Source: a virus
Lineage: Duplodnaviria; Heunggongvirae; Uroviricota; Caudoviricetes
Virus record (IMG/VR): IMGVR_UViG_2563366923_000001
Span: 1 to 21,431 of that record
Direction: 5' to 3' (one strand)
Length of the DNA: 21,431 nt
Part shown: positions 7,894 through 16,638 of the stretch, piece after piece
Numbering within the stretch: position 1 is the first letter of the stretch
How the letters are laid out: each line of letters starts with the position of its first letter
Notes under the pieces: generated by a model
Database searches by the model: none
Seen by the model: the letters and a program-made list of their open reading frames with translations, nothing else
Told to the model about the DNA's origin: nothing
Made by a program: the position numbers and the translations under genes

Positions 7894-8991
7894 ATGAAAC
7901 ATAAAATTAATAAAATTAACAATGATTTTTATAAAAATTTTTATCTAAGAGAAACATTCTCCGATGATATTATTATGACTCACGGAGTCCCTGAGATTTC
8001 CAATGACGATTATAAAAGCATTTCATTAAAGAATAGATTATGTTTCACTATAAGAAAAAGCTCCCCGCATAAAAAAATACAAGAAAGACTTATAAAAAAT
8101 TTCCTAGTAAAAGTTCCTCTTAGCTCACCTGCAATTGCCTATCGTAAAAAATTAAACTATTTGAATTTTCTAGAACCTCATATCCATGGTGAGAACTTTT
8201 GTCGAATTGACTTATGTAATTTTTTTCATAACATAAACTATAACTTTGCAAGGGAGTGTTTCAAATCCTACTTTGAAGATGAATATCTGGTAAATAAAAA
8301 AATCAAAGTTATTGATGCATTTTTAAATAGTTTATCTATTGAGATTGTAGTCAACAATAAAAAGAAAAAAATATTTCCAATGGGATTCGCCACATCACCT
8401 TTCATATCCAATATAATTTTCAGAAAGTTAGATATTTTAATTAAAAGTTTGTGTGACAAAAGAAGCATCATTTACACTCGTTATGCTGATGATATGCTTT
8501 TTTCGAGCTCCGGGAAAGACAAACTTCTTGGAAGTGAACATTTTGACAACGAGATATCAACTATTGTCAATACGGCAGGACTGTCCCTCAACAAACATAA
8601 AAAAATATTTAAGAAAGGCATAATCTCACTAAACGGCTATGTAATAGAAAATAAAAATGGAGGGGGAGAGAGAGGGAGTATAAGAATATCTAATGGAAAA
8701 ATGTATTTAATACGGAAAGCACTAGATAAATTTAAAAAGGGATATTCTAAAGAGCATATTTGCAAAAAAGTATTTTCTGTTAAATCACCAACTGTCAAGT
8801 ATAATAACAATGCAGATCAGTTTGTAACGGATTTTTATAATTCACAATTCTCTAATAAGTTAGCTGGTTATCGTTCATATTTAATATCATTAGTAAAATT
8901 TAATGATAAATTCAGATGTTTTCACGAAAACGAAATCACCAAATACTCAGTGATTATTGATGAAATTTCTAATGCACTGCTAAAACCCTAG
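7894..8991 (+). CDS. Reverse transcriptase, retron/Abi-like (365 aa)
   Basis: RT motifs in order: RIDLCNFFHNI (motif 2 region), FPMGFATSPFISNIIF (motif 4, compare retron PQGxxxSPxLSN), YTRYADD (catalytic YxDD at 8482-8493), LSLNKHKK and ISLNGYVI (retron-like motif 6/7 region, but no canonical VTG); GAGGAAG RBS; AT-rich; no maturase or endonuclease domain. Confidence 0.8.
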   Translation: MKHKINKINNDFYKNFYLRETFSDDIIMTHGVPEISNDDYKSISLKNRLCFTIRKSSPHKKIQERLIKNFLVKVPLSSPAIAYRKKLNYLNFLEPHIHGENFCRIDLCNFFHNINYNFARECFKSYFEDEYLVNKKIKVIDAFLNSLSIEIVVNNKKKKIFPMGFATSPFISNIIFRKLDILIKSLCDKRSIIYTRYADDMLFSSSGKDKLLGSEHFDNEISTIVNTAGLSLNKHKKIFKKGIISLNGYVIENKNGGGERGSIRISNGKMYLIRKALDKFKKGYSKEHICKKVFSVKSPTVKYNNNADQFVTDFYNSQFSNKLAGYRSYLISLVKFNDKFRCFHENEITKYSVIIDEISNALLKP

Positions 8992-9413
8992 CCTTAGAAA
9001 GTTAATGTTTTGGCCCTAAAGCAAGGGCCTTAATAGTAAAAATAGTTACCAGCATAAGTATTCCTTCAACTAATCACACAAATTAACGTTAGCAACGTTC
9101 CCTTTTTACACCGTCTGAGCACTAAGCTGTCGGTCATTCTGGTCTACCATACTATTATACGTAACATCCAAGAGTGTTCCTGCAAACGGTCGTAGAAAAT
9201 GCGGGCTTCGCCATTTTCTGGCCGACGCCGGTCTCGTCGAGTTCTTCTGACTGTTCAAGTGCAAATGCGCCTGTAGGTATCCCTACAAAAGAAACCATCA
9301 ACTTTTAGATAGTATCTGGCACTCCAACTCCCGCTGTTGACTCGGAGCGGACTGTCAGATTAGGCTTTACTCTGTACCATAGATACGTTAGCTCACTCCA
9401 GAGATCATACAAC

Positions 9414-9941
9414 TTATTGCGGCATGTCCGGCCATTCAGGATTTGAAGGGTCCACACGACTGACCAGAACGCTGTAGCGTTCCCATGCATCCAGTCGACT
9501 GCGCTCCTCACCTGTTGCCATATTCAGCCTGACAGCGCGCTCCAGCGGCAAAATTACGGATTCAGCTTCGGAAAGCAAAGCTGCCTTATGTAATTCCGCT
9601 AGTTTCTGCTGTTCGTCTGCCGTATAAATCCGCTTAATCACGGCACCATCCTTAAACATCCATTTACCTGAGTCATCAGCACGCCGGTTGGCAGTAATAT
9701 CAGGAACCTCAACGACGCTAAAACCTTCAGGATTAAGCGTTGAAGCATCTCTGGTGATGGCGACAATAATATTATTTTCATCGTAAACAATCTTTATTGT
9801 GTCTGGCTGAAAATTACTTACTTCCTCATACCAGTTTTTTCCGTCTTCGGACCATAACCAGATAACATCAAAATTCTTTGTTAGCTGATATTGCTCTTTT
9901 GTTTTTGGATTACCTGACTTAATGTTCTTTAAATGCTGCAT
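9414..9941 (-). CDS. G: P2 gpG-like tail fibre assembly protein (175 aa)
   Basis: 175-aa ORF matching P2 G in length, immediately downstream of the tail-fibre gene remnant. Confidence 0.8.
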   Translation of the reverse strand: MQHLKNIKSGNPKTKEQYQLTKNFDVIWLWSEDGKNWYEEVSNFQPDTIKIVYDENNIIVAITRDASTLNPEGFSVVEVPDITANRRADDSGKWMFKDGAVIKRIYTADEQQKLAELHKAALLSEAESVILPLERAVRLNMATGEERSRLDAWERYSVLVSRVDPSNPEWPDMPQ

Positions 9942-9944
9942 TAC

Positions 9945-11030
9945 TTACACCTGCGCAACGTTATACCATGTGCCATTGATGTATTTTTGTATCGGCCTGA
10001 AGATGGCCTCATCATCGCCATCTACTTCACCAATGATTCTTAATCCGGTAATCGTGTGTCCGGCTTTTTCATAACGACCACCTCGCGCCATCAATTGAAC
10101 AACTCGCGTACCCAGGCGAACATCTTTCACATAGCGGGAATCAAAATTCCCCCAGTTGCTGGGTTGCATCTGACCGTTAACAGCAAATATTACCGAGTTA
10201 TCTGTATTTCGCTGGCTATAGAAATGCCATCCGGACTCATCGCCTAACTCTGCAACCACTGGACGGTTGGAAGCACCCCATAAATTAAAGGTAATATTCT
10301 TCGTGGATGTGTTAGAGCTGGATAGCGAGAACTTTTTACTATCCCCTGCCTGAATATTTTTAAAAGCAATAGCCACTCCATTCTGAAAACGGAATACACG
10401 CTGACTGTTAGCATAAACATCAAGAATACCGTCTCCATTCTGTTTAAATCCGGTATCATTATCACCAAGGACAATAGAGCTACCACCTAGTGCATTCGTC
10501 GTACCAACTCCAAGACAGCCATTAATGACGGCATTAACAAGAATATTTAGTGCATCCCATTTCAGCGTCATCAGGTCTTTTGTTGTGGTACTCTGGCGGC
10601 TTCTCCATTTGAAATATTCATTGCCGTTATCCCCCGTTTCAAACCACATGTATGAATCAGCGTCACCATCGGCATCATTTTTAAATCCAATCTTCGCCCA
10701 GTCAGTATTTCGAATCCAGGCAAGGATTGAGTCGTTTTCAAAAGTAATCCCGCCGGACAAGGTATCGCCATTCTTTTGCACCGCGTTCCTGGCCCTGTTT
10801 ACCGTTTCCTGCAAACCGAGGTATTCGATAACGGCAGCAATGGTCGCTTTAGCCAGAATATCCCGCCCGACTTTTGTCAGGGTTGCCAAACTGGCAACAT
10901 CATTCCCCGTAAAATACGGAAAGCTGTCTGCCGCAGTAGCAAGCCCCGCCAGCGCCGTCAGAGTGGCATCTTTCGGTTGCTTACCCGCAAGCGCATTAGT
11001 CATGGAGGTAGCAAAATTCGGGTCTCGGCC
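9945..11030 (-). pseudogene. H: Tail fibre gene H remnant (C-terminal half, about 360 codons) lacking its N-terminal half
   Basis: Reading frame continues upstream of Met 11003 as ...DPNFATSMTNALAGKQPK..., which I recognise as an internal H region; upstream of about 11027 the frame decodes nonsense that overlaps J in another frame. P2 H is 669 aa. Confidence 0.72.
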
Positions 11031-11860
11031 AGCGGTGCAGTCAGTTCGACACGCTGCACGCCTTCCACATGCAAAGCGGCATAAATGGCAGACAGACGGA
11101 TGTCGCGCCCCAGCCGGTGCTGTGCCGTGATGTACGCTTCCAGTTTTTTCACGGCAGCAGCGCGTATGGGTTCGCTTTCGGGACCAGGGTAAAGGTAAAG
11201 CGTGGCGTTTATCTGGTATTCAACGATGGCGGCAGACTGCACGGTCACGCGGTCGGCCACCGGCCTGACGTCCTCGCCATTAAGGGCGTTACGCACCACC
11301 GCCAGCAGGTCTTCGGATGCGACACCGTTATTTTCACGTGACAGCACAGAGATGGTGACGCAGGCCGGAGACGGACTGGTTACAGAAATATCCGCGACAC
11401 GCCCGTCGGCACTGCGACCATGATACTGATAGGCCCCCACCGACCCGGCGACGCTTAAACCTTCAAACGCCTGCTGAATACGCAGACGATAATCCGTGTC
11501 AGATTCCATCACTGCCGGTGTCGGCGGGATGGTCGAATCATCTTCCAGGGTGATAATCAGGCGCGTGGTGTTGTAATTGGCACCAATCACATCAAGGTCA
11601 TTACCGGCAGCACAGGCCAGCATCACCGCCCGTGCGGCCTCATTCACACGCTGACGCCAGATAAGCTCACGATAAGCATTTTCCTCCAGCAGTTTGACGA
11701 GAGGCTCAGATTCCAGCGTCAGGGTACGGGCGACCGCCTCCTGCTGGTCTTCCGGGTAAAGGGAAATCAGTGTCGCCTTGCGTTCGGCAAGAATGGTTTC
11801 AAAGTCCAGCTCCTCAACCACATCCGGTGCGGGTAGCTGGTTCAGGTCGATAATCGGCAT
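11000..11860 (-). pseudogene. J: Baseplate gene J with altered/truncated C-terminus (286 aa against 302 in P2); gene I absent
   Basis: ORF starts MPIIDLNQLPAPDVVEELDF... (J N-terminus); the last about 8 codons (ETRILLPP) read into H-derived sequence; the stop overlaps the H-frame Met (ATGA). Confidence 0.62.
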
Positions 11861-11864
11861 GGTT

Positions 11865-12212
11865 TCAACTCACAGGAATGGTTAACGAAAGTGGCTGGCC
11901 GGTGTCGTTGTGCTGGCCGGTTAACGTGACCGTCATTCGCCCGTCAAAACTGCGCTCAGTGGTGACGGATGACAGGGTGACGCGGGGTTCCCATTTCAGC
12001 ACCGCCATGTAACAGGCGACCTTAATCTGCAACTCAAGCGCCGGGGTCTGCGGCTGGTCAATCATTGACGCCAGCAACGAGCCGTAATCACGACGCATCA
12101 CCCGCGAGCCGACCGGTGTGCGCAGGATATCGCCGATACTCTGGCTGATATGCTCAAGGTCAGTGACAGTCAGGCCATCACTGCGATTCATTCCGAGATA
12201 ACGCGCAGTCAT
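11865..12212 (-). CDS. W: P2 gpW-like baseplate protein (115 aa)
   Basis: 115-aa ORF, same length and position as P2 W (between V and J). Confidence 0.82.
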   Translation of the reverse strand: MTARYLGMNRSDGLTVTDLEHISQSIGDILRTPVGSRVMRRDYGSLLASMIDQPQTPALELQIKVACYMAVLKWEPRVTLSSVTTERSFDGRMTVTLTGQHNDTGQPLSLTIPVS

Positions 12213-12565
12213 AGAGGTCCCCCTGTTGTGCCGCCGCTGTCGCCGGGGTGTTTATGGGTATGAAGTACCTTACCGTTTGATGAGAGTTCACCGCCGGTGT
12301 GTTCAATGTTGCCGCGCATCGTCCCGCCCTTCTGCACTTCCAGCGTGCCGGTAATCAGCCTGTTGGTGCAGACCACCTCCGGTGTGTCCAGGGTGACGCG
12401 GGTTGATGCTTTCACCATGACCACCGGCACCGTGGCGGTAACAGAATCAGAAGCCGTCACGCTGGCCGTTTTAATTCCGCTTACCGTAAGTGCACTGGTT
12501 TCGGGTTCATACTCAATCATCGCTGCCGAGACCCGCATCATGTGGCGCTGTGCGGGACTCGTCAT
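12209..12565 (-). pseudogene. In-frame M'-V' fusion remnant: first about 16 codons of terminase small subunit gene M joined to the C-terminal about 100 codons of baseplate spike gene V
   Basis: ORF begins MTSPAQRHMMRVSAAM (recalled as the gpM N-terminus) then continues IEYEPETSALTVSGIKTASV... (V C-terminal region); 118 aa against 211 aa for V; sits directly after the N stop, where M starts in P2. Confidence 0.62.
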
Positions 12566-12568
12566 CGG

Positions 12569-13060
12569 TTACGCTCCCGGCTCTGCGGTCGCTTTAGCCG
12601 GTGTGGAGAAATCACCGACCTTAATTTTTTCCACCAGACAACCGGCGGCGTAGTCCTCCACCACGTAATCAATGTTCATTGACTCGTAGTTCTCCACGCG
12701 ATCGAGTTTCGGGTTTTCCTCAATCACGCGGCGATGGCTGTCATCCATGTAGTAGATGGACAGGTTTTCCAGCTTCGTGATGAGCATCGCATCAGCCGGG
12801 AAGTACGGGACGCGTACCGCTGGCAGGTTGCCGATGCGTTTCTGGCTGATGATGACGTCAGCGGCCAGCATTTCGCTGTTGTCCTGCTCCTTGTTGACGA
12901 TGGGAAAATACTTGTCCGCCAGTAGCTGACGTCCCACAATCACCACAAGGTCAGGGTCTTCCTGATACCACGGCTCAATCAGGTTGTTGGTCGCATCCAT
13001 CACCAGTGCATCAAGGCTGGCATAATCACCGCCCTTATCCGTTCTGGTCGGGTGAACTGT
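12569..13060 (-). pseudogene. N: Major capsid gene N remnant (C-terminal about 157 codons only)
   Basis: Frame reads ...KGGDYASLDALMMDATNNLIEPWYQEDPDLVVIVGRQ... to the stop at 12569; an upstream in-frame stop at 13061-13063 and no N-terminal about 200 codons; P2 N is 357 aa. Confidence 0.68.
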
Positions 13061-14051
13061 TCAACCGGGGACGCGCCAGCGCCGCCGAACGCGTGGAAAT
13101 CGACGTCAGTCATAACGCCCTTGCCGGTGGGCTTCTCTGTGCGGACGGCCAGTGGCGGCAGATTGTCACCATTGAGGACGCCCTGAAAGGTGGCTGCACG
13201 CTGTTCGACATTGAGCAGCTTAAACGCGAAAACAGCGCCGACGATTTTAAAAACCTGTTCATGTGTGAATTTGTTGACGACAAGGCGTCGGTATTTCCCA
13301 GCAGGATTTCAGCCGCTTTGTGCTGGATTTTCTGGTGTTCGGCAATGCGTTTCTGGAAAAGCGTTACAGCACCACCGGTAAGGTCATCAGACTGGAAACC
13401 TCACCGGCAAAATATACCCGCCGTGGCGTGGAAGAGGATGTTTACTGGTGGGTGCCGTCCTTCAACGAGCCGACACCTTTCGCGCCCGGCTCCGTGTTTC
13501 ACCTGCTGGAGCCGGATATTAATCAGGAGCTGTACGGCCTGCCGGAATATCTCAGCGCCCTTAACTCTGCCTGGCTGAATGAGTCGGCCACTCTGTTCCG
13601 CCGCAAGTATTACGAAAACGGCGCACATGCCGGATACATCATGTACGTCACGGATGCCGTGCAGGATCGCAACGATATCGAAATGCTTCGCGAAAACATG
13701 GTGAAGTCGAAAGGCCGCAACAACTTTAAAAACCTGTTTCTCTATGCCCCGCAGGGAAAAGCCGACGGCATTAAAATTATCCCGCTCAGTGAAGTGGCGA
13801 CGAAGGACGATTTTTTTAATATCAAAAAAGCCAGTGCCGCAGACCTGCTGGACGCGCACCGCATCCCCTTTCAGTTGATGGGCGGCAAGCCGGAGAACGT
13901 CGGGTCGCTGGGCGATATTGAGAAAGTAGCAAAGGTCTTTGTCCGCAATGAGCTTATCCCGTTACAGGACAGGATCCGCGAGATAAACGGCTGGCTCGGT
14001 CAGGAGGTCATCCGATTTAAAAACTACTCACTGGACACTGACAACGGCTGA
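13040..14051 (+). pseudogene. Q: Portal gene Q remnant: no start codon, reading frame switches near 13280-13300
   Basis: C-terminal 243 codons (13320..14051, frame 3) are an intact portal-like sequence; the N-terminal part is in frame 1 (track ORF 13006..13578); frame 3 has a stop at 13275-13277; frame 1 upstream of about 13040 is antisense to N; position next to cos fits P2 Q. Confidence 0.62.
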
Positions 14052-14056
14052 ACATC

Positions 14057-14078
14057 GCCGCCTGCGGGCGGCTTTTTT
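14057..14078 (+). terminator. Rho-independent terminator after Q (GCCGCC-TGCG-GGCGGC plus TTTTTT)
   Basis: 6-bp GC stem and T6 tract beginning 6 nt after the Q stop codon. Confidence 0.7.
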
Positions 14079-14220
14079 ACACCCCGTCATCACGCCCTCA
14101 CACGTTCGCCACTGTACAAAACACCCCGCAGACACACCAACGCCCCGGCAGGCCGACTAAACGCCATCACGACGCGCTCAGACGCTGAAAAAATAAAATC
14201 AGCACCACCGCCAGCGCGCA

Positions 14221-14239
14221 GTGCTTTCCCCGCCTCGCC
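14221..14239. other. P2 cos cohesive-end sequence (reverse complement of GGCGAGGCGGGGAAAGCAC)
   Basis: GTGCTTTCCCCGCCTCGCC at 14221-14239 matches the 19-nt P2 cohesive end as I recall it, and sits where cos lies in a P2 prophage (between Q and the tin/old region). Confidence 0.72.
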
Positions 14240-14331
14240 CGCCCGCTTCATGGGGCGGTTTTAATGCAGTTACATAGATACTATGGATCCGCACCAGTCC
14301 TGACCGCACGCAGCCTGAACGGACATCCCCG

Positions 14332-14365
14332 ACGCATGCAAAAACATTCACTTGTTGCATGCAAC
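14332..14365. promoter_or_regulatory. Tandem GCATGCAA palindromic motifs (CGCATGCAAA at 14333-14342; perfect palindrome TTGCATGCAA at 14355-14364) upstream of the 313-aa cargo gene; candidate operator/promoter
   Basis: Read directly from the sequence; the two sites are 23 bp apart; a related ATGCATGCAA occurs at 16698-16707 upstream of the divergent cargo operon. Confidence 0.35.
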
Positions 14366-14477
14366 GGCTTATTTAATGACAAATCAACTTAAATTTACAA
14401 AATCCACAGGTATGGATACTTTGCGAACATGATAGGCTTACGAGAATTATCGTGCCTGTTTTTGAACGGAGAAAGTT

Positions 14478-15419
14478 ATGCAAGGTGAAGTTGACGAACA
14501 GCAACCAAATGAGATTATTTCGGAGTTTGGATACTATCCAGTAGAAGTTAACATTGAGACTGAACAATTTTCTTTGCGTACTTTACCCGGTCTTATTGAG
14601 AAAGTGGAACGTATTAACAATGATAAAAACGTTGTTAATGGTTGGATATACCCTGGGAATCGAAAGGTATATAACCTTAATGGTGACACATGCACAATGC
14701 CTTATAGTTACCGAGTATTCGGCATGCCCAAAACGCACACACTAAAATTAAAAAACACATCCTCGTTAGAAACTCTCAACTTTGTTGTGTGGTGCCTCTC
14801 TTTTTTCAAGGGTATAAGATTGACAACCACTGACGCTGGTTTTCTTGATGCAACCACTATCAAGCCCACTAAGTTAACCGACTTTATTCTCGTTGGATGC
14901 TCTGAAAAAGAAGTAATAGAGCTAGCACTTAACTATATAAAAGACAAACAAAAAGATGATCGCTCCATTAAAAGAATAGCTGCGGTGATACACTCCCTAT
15001 TCCTGTCACATAACCCACTATACCTTTCCTTTGAGAAATTCCAGTATCTTTATATGGCTCTTGATTGCTGTTTTGCTATAGCATGGGATGAAAGGGATAA
15101 AGTCATTAAAGAGAAAAAACCATCTCATCAAAATAGAGTATATTGGACGTGCGAAAATTACGGTGTAAAAATCCCGTCATGGGCAACAGATGAATGTAAT
15201 GTTTCAGTTATACGCAATGATAATTTTCATGAAGCCATTTTTAATGGGCAACCGCTTGGTTTCTCTAGTATCAATGATTGTCAATATGGTAGCGATATAT
15301 TGCTACAAATGCAGGCTCTGGTATGTCGTCTACTAGCGGCAATACTCTCTGTAAATGATCGTAAATATATCGCATCTACAATCAGCTCGATAGAGTACCA
15401 TTCATTAAAATTAACTTAA
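14478..15419 (+). CDS. Hypothetical protein (313 aa), AT-rich cargo at the tin/old position; no recognisable motifs
   Basis: Long ORF with a GGAG RBS 8 nt before the ATG; composition contrasts with the prophage backbone; first gene after cos. Confidence 0.6.
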   Translation: MQGEVDEQQPNEIISEFGYYPVEVNIETEQFSLRTLPGLIEKVERINNDKNVVNGWIYPGNRKVYNLNGDTCTMPYSYRVFGMPKTHTLKLKNTSSLETLNFVVWCLSFFKGIRLTTTDAGFLDATTIKPTKLTDFILVGCSEKEVIELALNYIKDKQKDDRSIKRIAAVIHSLFLSHNPLYLSFEKFQYLYMALDCCFAIAWDERDKVIKEKKPSHQNRVYWTCENYGVKIPSWATDECNVSVIRNDNFHEAIFNGQPLGFSSINDCQYGSDILLQMQALVCRLLAAILSVNDRKYIASTISSIEYHSLKLT

Positions 15420-15491
15420 TGCTAACGCCTCACTTCGCTCGTTGTTCAACCCCGCCAGCCTGAAAACAAGTTTCACGACTGGCGGCGTTCT

Positions 15492-15644
15492 CTATCGTCT
15501 GCGTGGTGGTGGCGCAACTCTGGACTGACCGATATAGTTAAACCGCCCGTAATTATCCCGGACTATTTCGGCACACCCGACCAGCTCGTCAGGCGTCAGA
15601 TTTTCGTTGACCATAATCTGCTGTAAACGGTGAACAATGGCCAT
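15492..15644 (-). CDS. Possible small ORF (50 aa, MAIVHRLQQIMVNENLTPDELVGCAEIVRDNYGRF...), function unknown
   Basis: ATG-to-stop ORF below the track size cut-off, with an in-frame upstream stop and a weak AGG-type RBS; backbone-like GC content; could be a remnant of a phage gene. Confidence 0.2.
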   Translation of the reverse strand: MAIVHRLQQIMVNENLTPDELVGCAEIVRDNYGRFNYIGQSRVAPPPRRR

Positions 15645-15738
15645 CAACCTGACACTTTTGGTGTTATATGTGGTATCTCACATGAGATTACTGACCAAGG
15701 TGCATCTTGGTTGACTCATTTCATATCCATCCACACCA

Positions 15739-16419
15739 CTACATCTTTATTGCATATTTATTAAAAGACGCCCAGTTCAATAAAAAAACATTATTCATAT
15801 ACCATTCAATATGATTTTTATTTTTAGATTGACTGTCAAGTAGCACACAAACATCAACCTGTTTATCAATCAATTTTGCAATATAAACCACAAACTCAAC
15901 ACTCGAATATCTCTTTGTGCCTAGCAAATATAATATTTCATCTGACAAATAATTAGACTCATGTGAAAAGACATTATCATTTAACAAAATCAACCCGCCA
16001 ATCGAGTCATTTAAATCCAAAACATCCTTTGTTGCATTTATTTGCTTATTAGCTTCCTTAACTATCTTTGTTTTAATATTTTCATAAGCAAAGTTCATTA
16101 TATCATTTCTAAATCGCTTTGAGTCTGGGTGTCTTTTTATCAACTCTTCTAAATGAATAGCACCATGCCAGTTTTTTGCAAGCCAACTATCAGTTTTAAC
16201 CAACTCATTCAGTTTATCATTGACATTCTTGACCCTGTCAGAAAAAAGACTTTTCATCTCCAAAATTATCTTTTTATTATCAATAAGATAATCTGCCATC
16301 TTGCGATTCTGACCATCCTTCATCCGGAACTTATGATGAATATCATCAATAGAAATCCCTTTTTCATGCTCAACAATGAATCTCTTAACATTGTTTTCTA
16401 ATTCGCTGTATTGTTTCAT
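15739..16419 (-). CDS. Hypothetical protein (226 aa), AT-rich cargo; no recognisable motifs
   Basis: ORF with a strong GGGGGAAAG RBS; 27 nt downstream of the DUF2158 gene on the same strand (operon-like). Confidence 0.6.
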   Translation of the reverse strand: MKQYSELENNVKRFIVEHEKGISIDDIHHKFRMKDGQNRKMADYLIDNKKIILEMKSLFSDRVKNVNDKLNELVKTDSWLAKNWHGAIHLEELIKRHPDSKRFRNDIMNFAYENIKTKIVKEANKQINATKDVLDLNDSIGGLILLNDNVFSHESNYLSDEILYLLGTKRYSSVEFVVYIAKLIDKQVDVCVLLDSQSKNKNHIEWYMNNVFLLNWASFNKYAIKM

Positions 16420-16446
16420 ACTTTCCCCCGTGAATTTTATTATGAT

Positions 16447-16638
16447 TCACTTACGTGGACGACACAGCATACCACTTTTACTCTCTGCTATTTCCAGTAA
16501 ATCAATGGAGAATGACTCCTCGTGCAAAACTCCTTCTTTATCATGCCAAATACATTTCGCATGAGTTTCAGTAGAGTCAGATACAGTCATTTTAAATCCA
16601 CCGCTTTTCAAACAAACAACATCTGCAGGCTTTAACAT
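16447..16638 (-). CDS. DUF2158 / YodC-like small protein (63 aa)
   Basis: Internal start MLKPADVVCLKSGGFKMTVSD... with GGAG 7 nt upstream; the DVVxLKSGGxxMTV signature resembles YodC-family small proteins; the track ORF 16447..16722 over-extends the N-terminus. Confidence 0.55.
   Translation of the reverse strand: MLKPADVVCLKSGGFKMTVSDSTETHAKCIWHDKEGVLHEESFSIDLLEIAESKSGMLCRPRK

Noticed and set aside
9305-9511. 68-aa minus-strand ORF spanning the G stop region
   Set aside because: Overlaps the 3' end of G in another frame, with no RBS.
10056-11130. Plus-strand ORFs antisense to the H and J remnants (for example 10525..11130, 201 aa)
   Set aside because: Antisense to recognisable tail-fibre and baseplate coding sequence.
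13401-13859. 152-aa minus-strand ORF inside Q
   Set aside because: Antisense to portal coding sequence.
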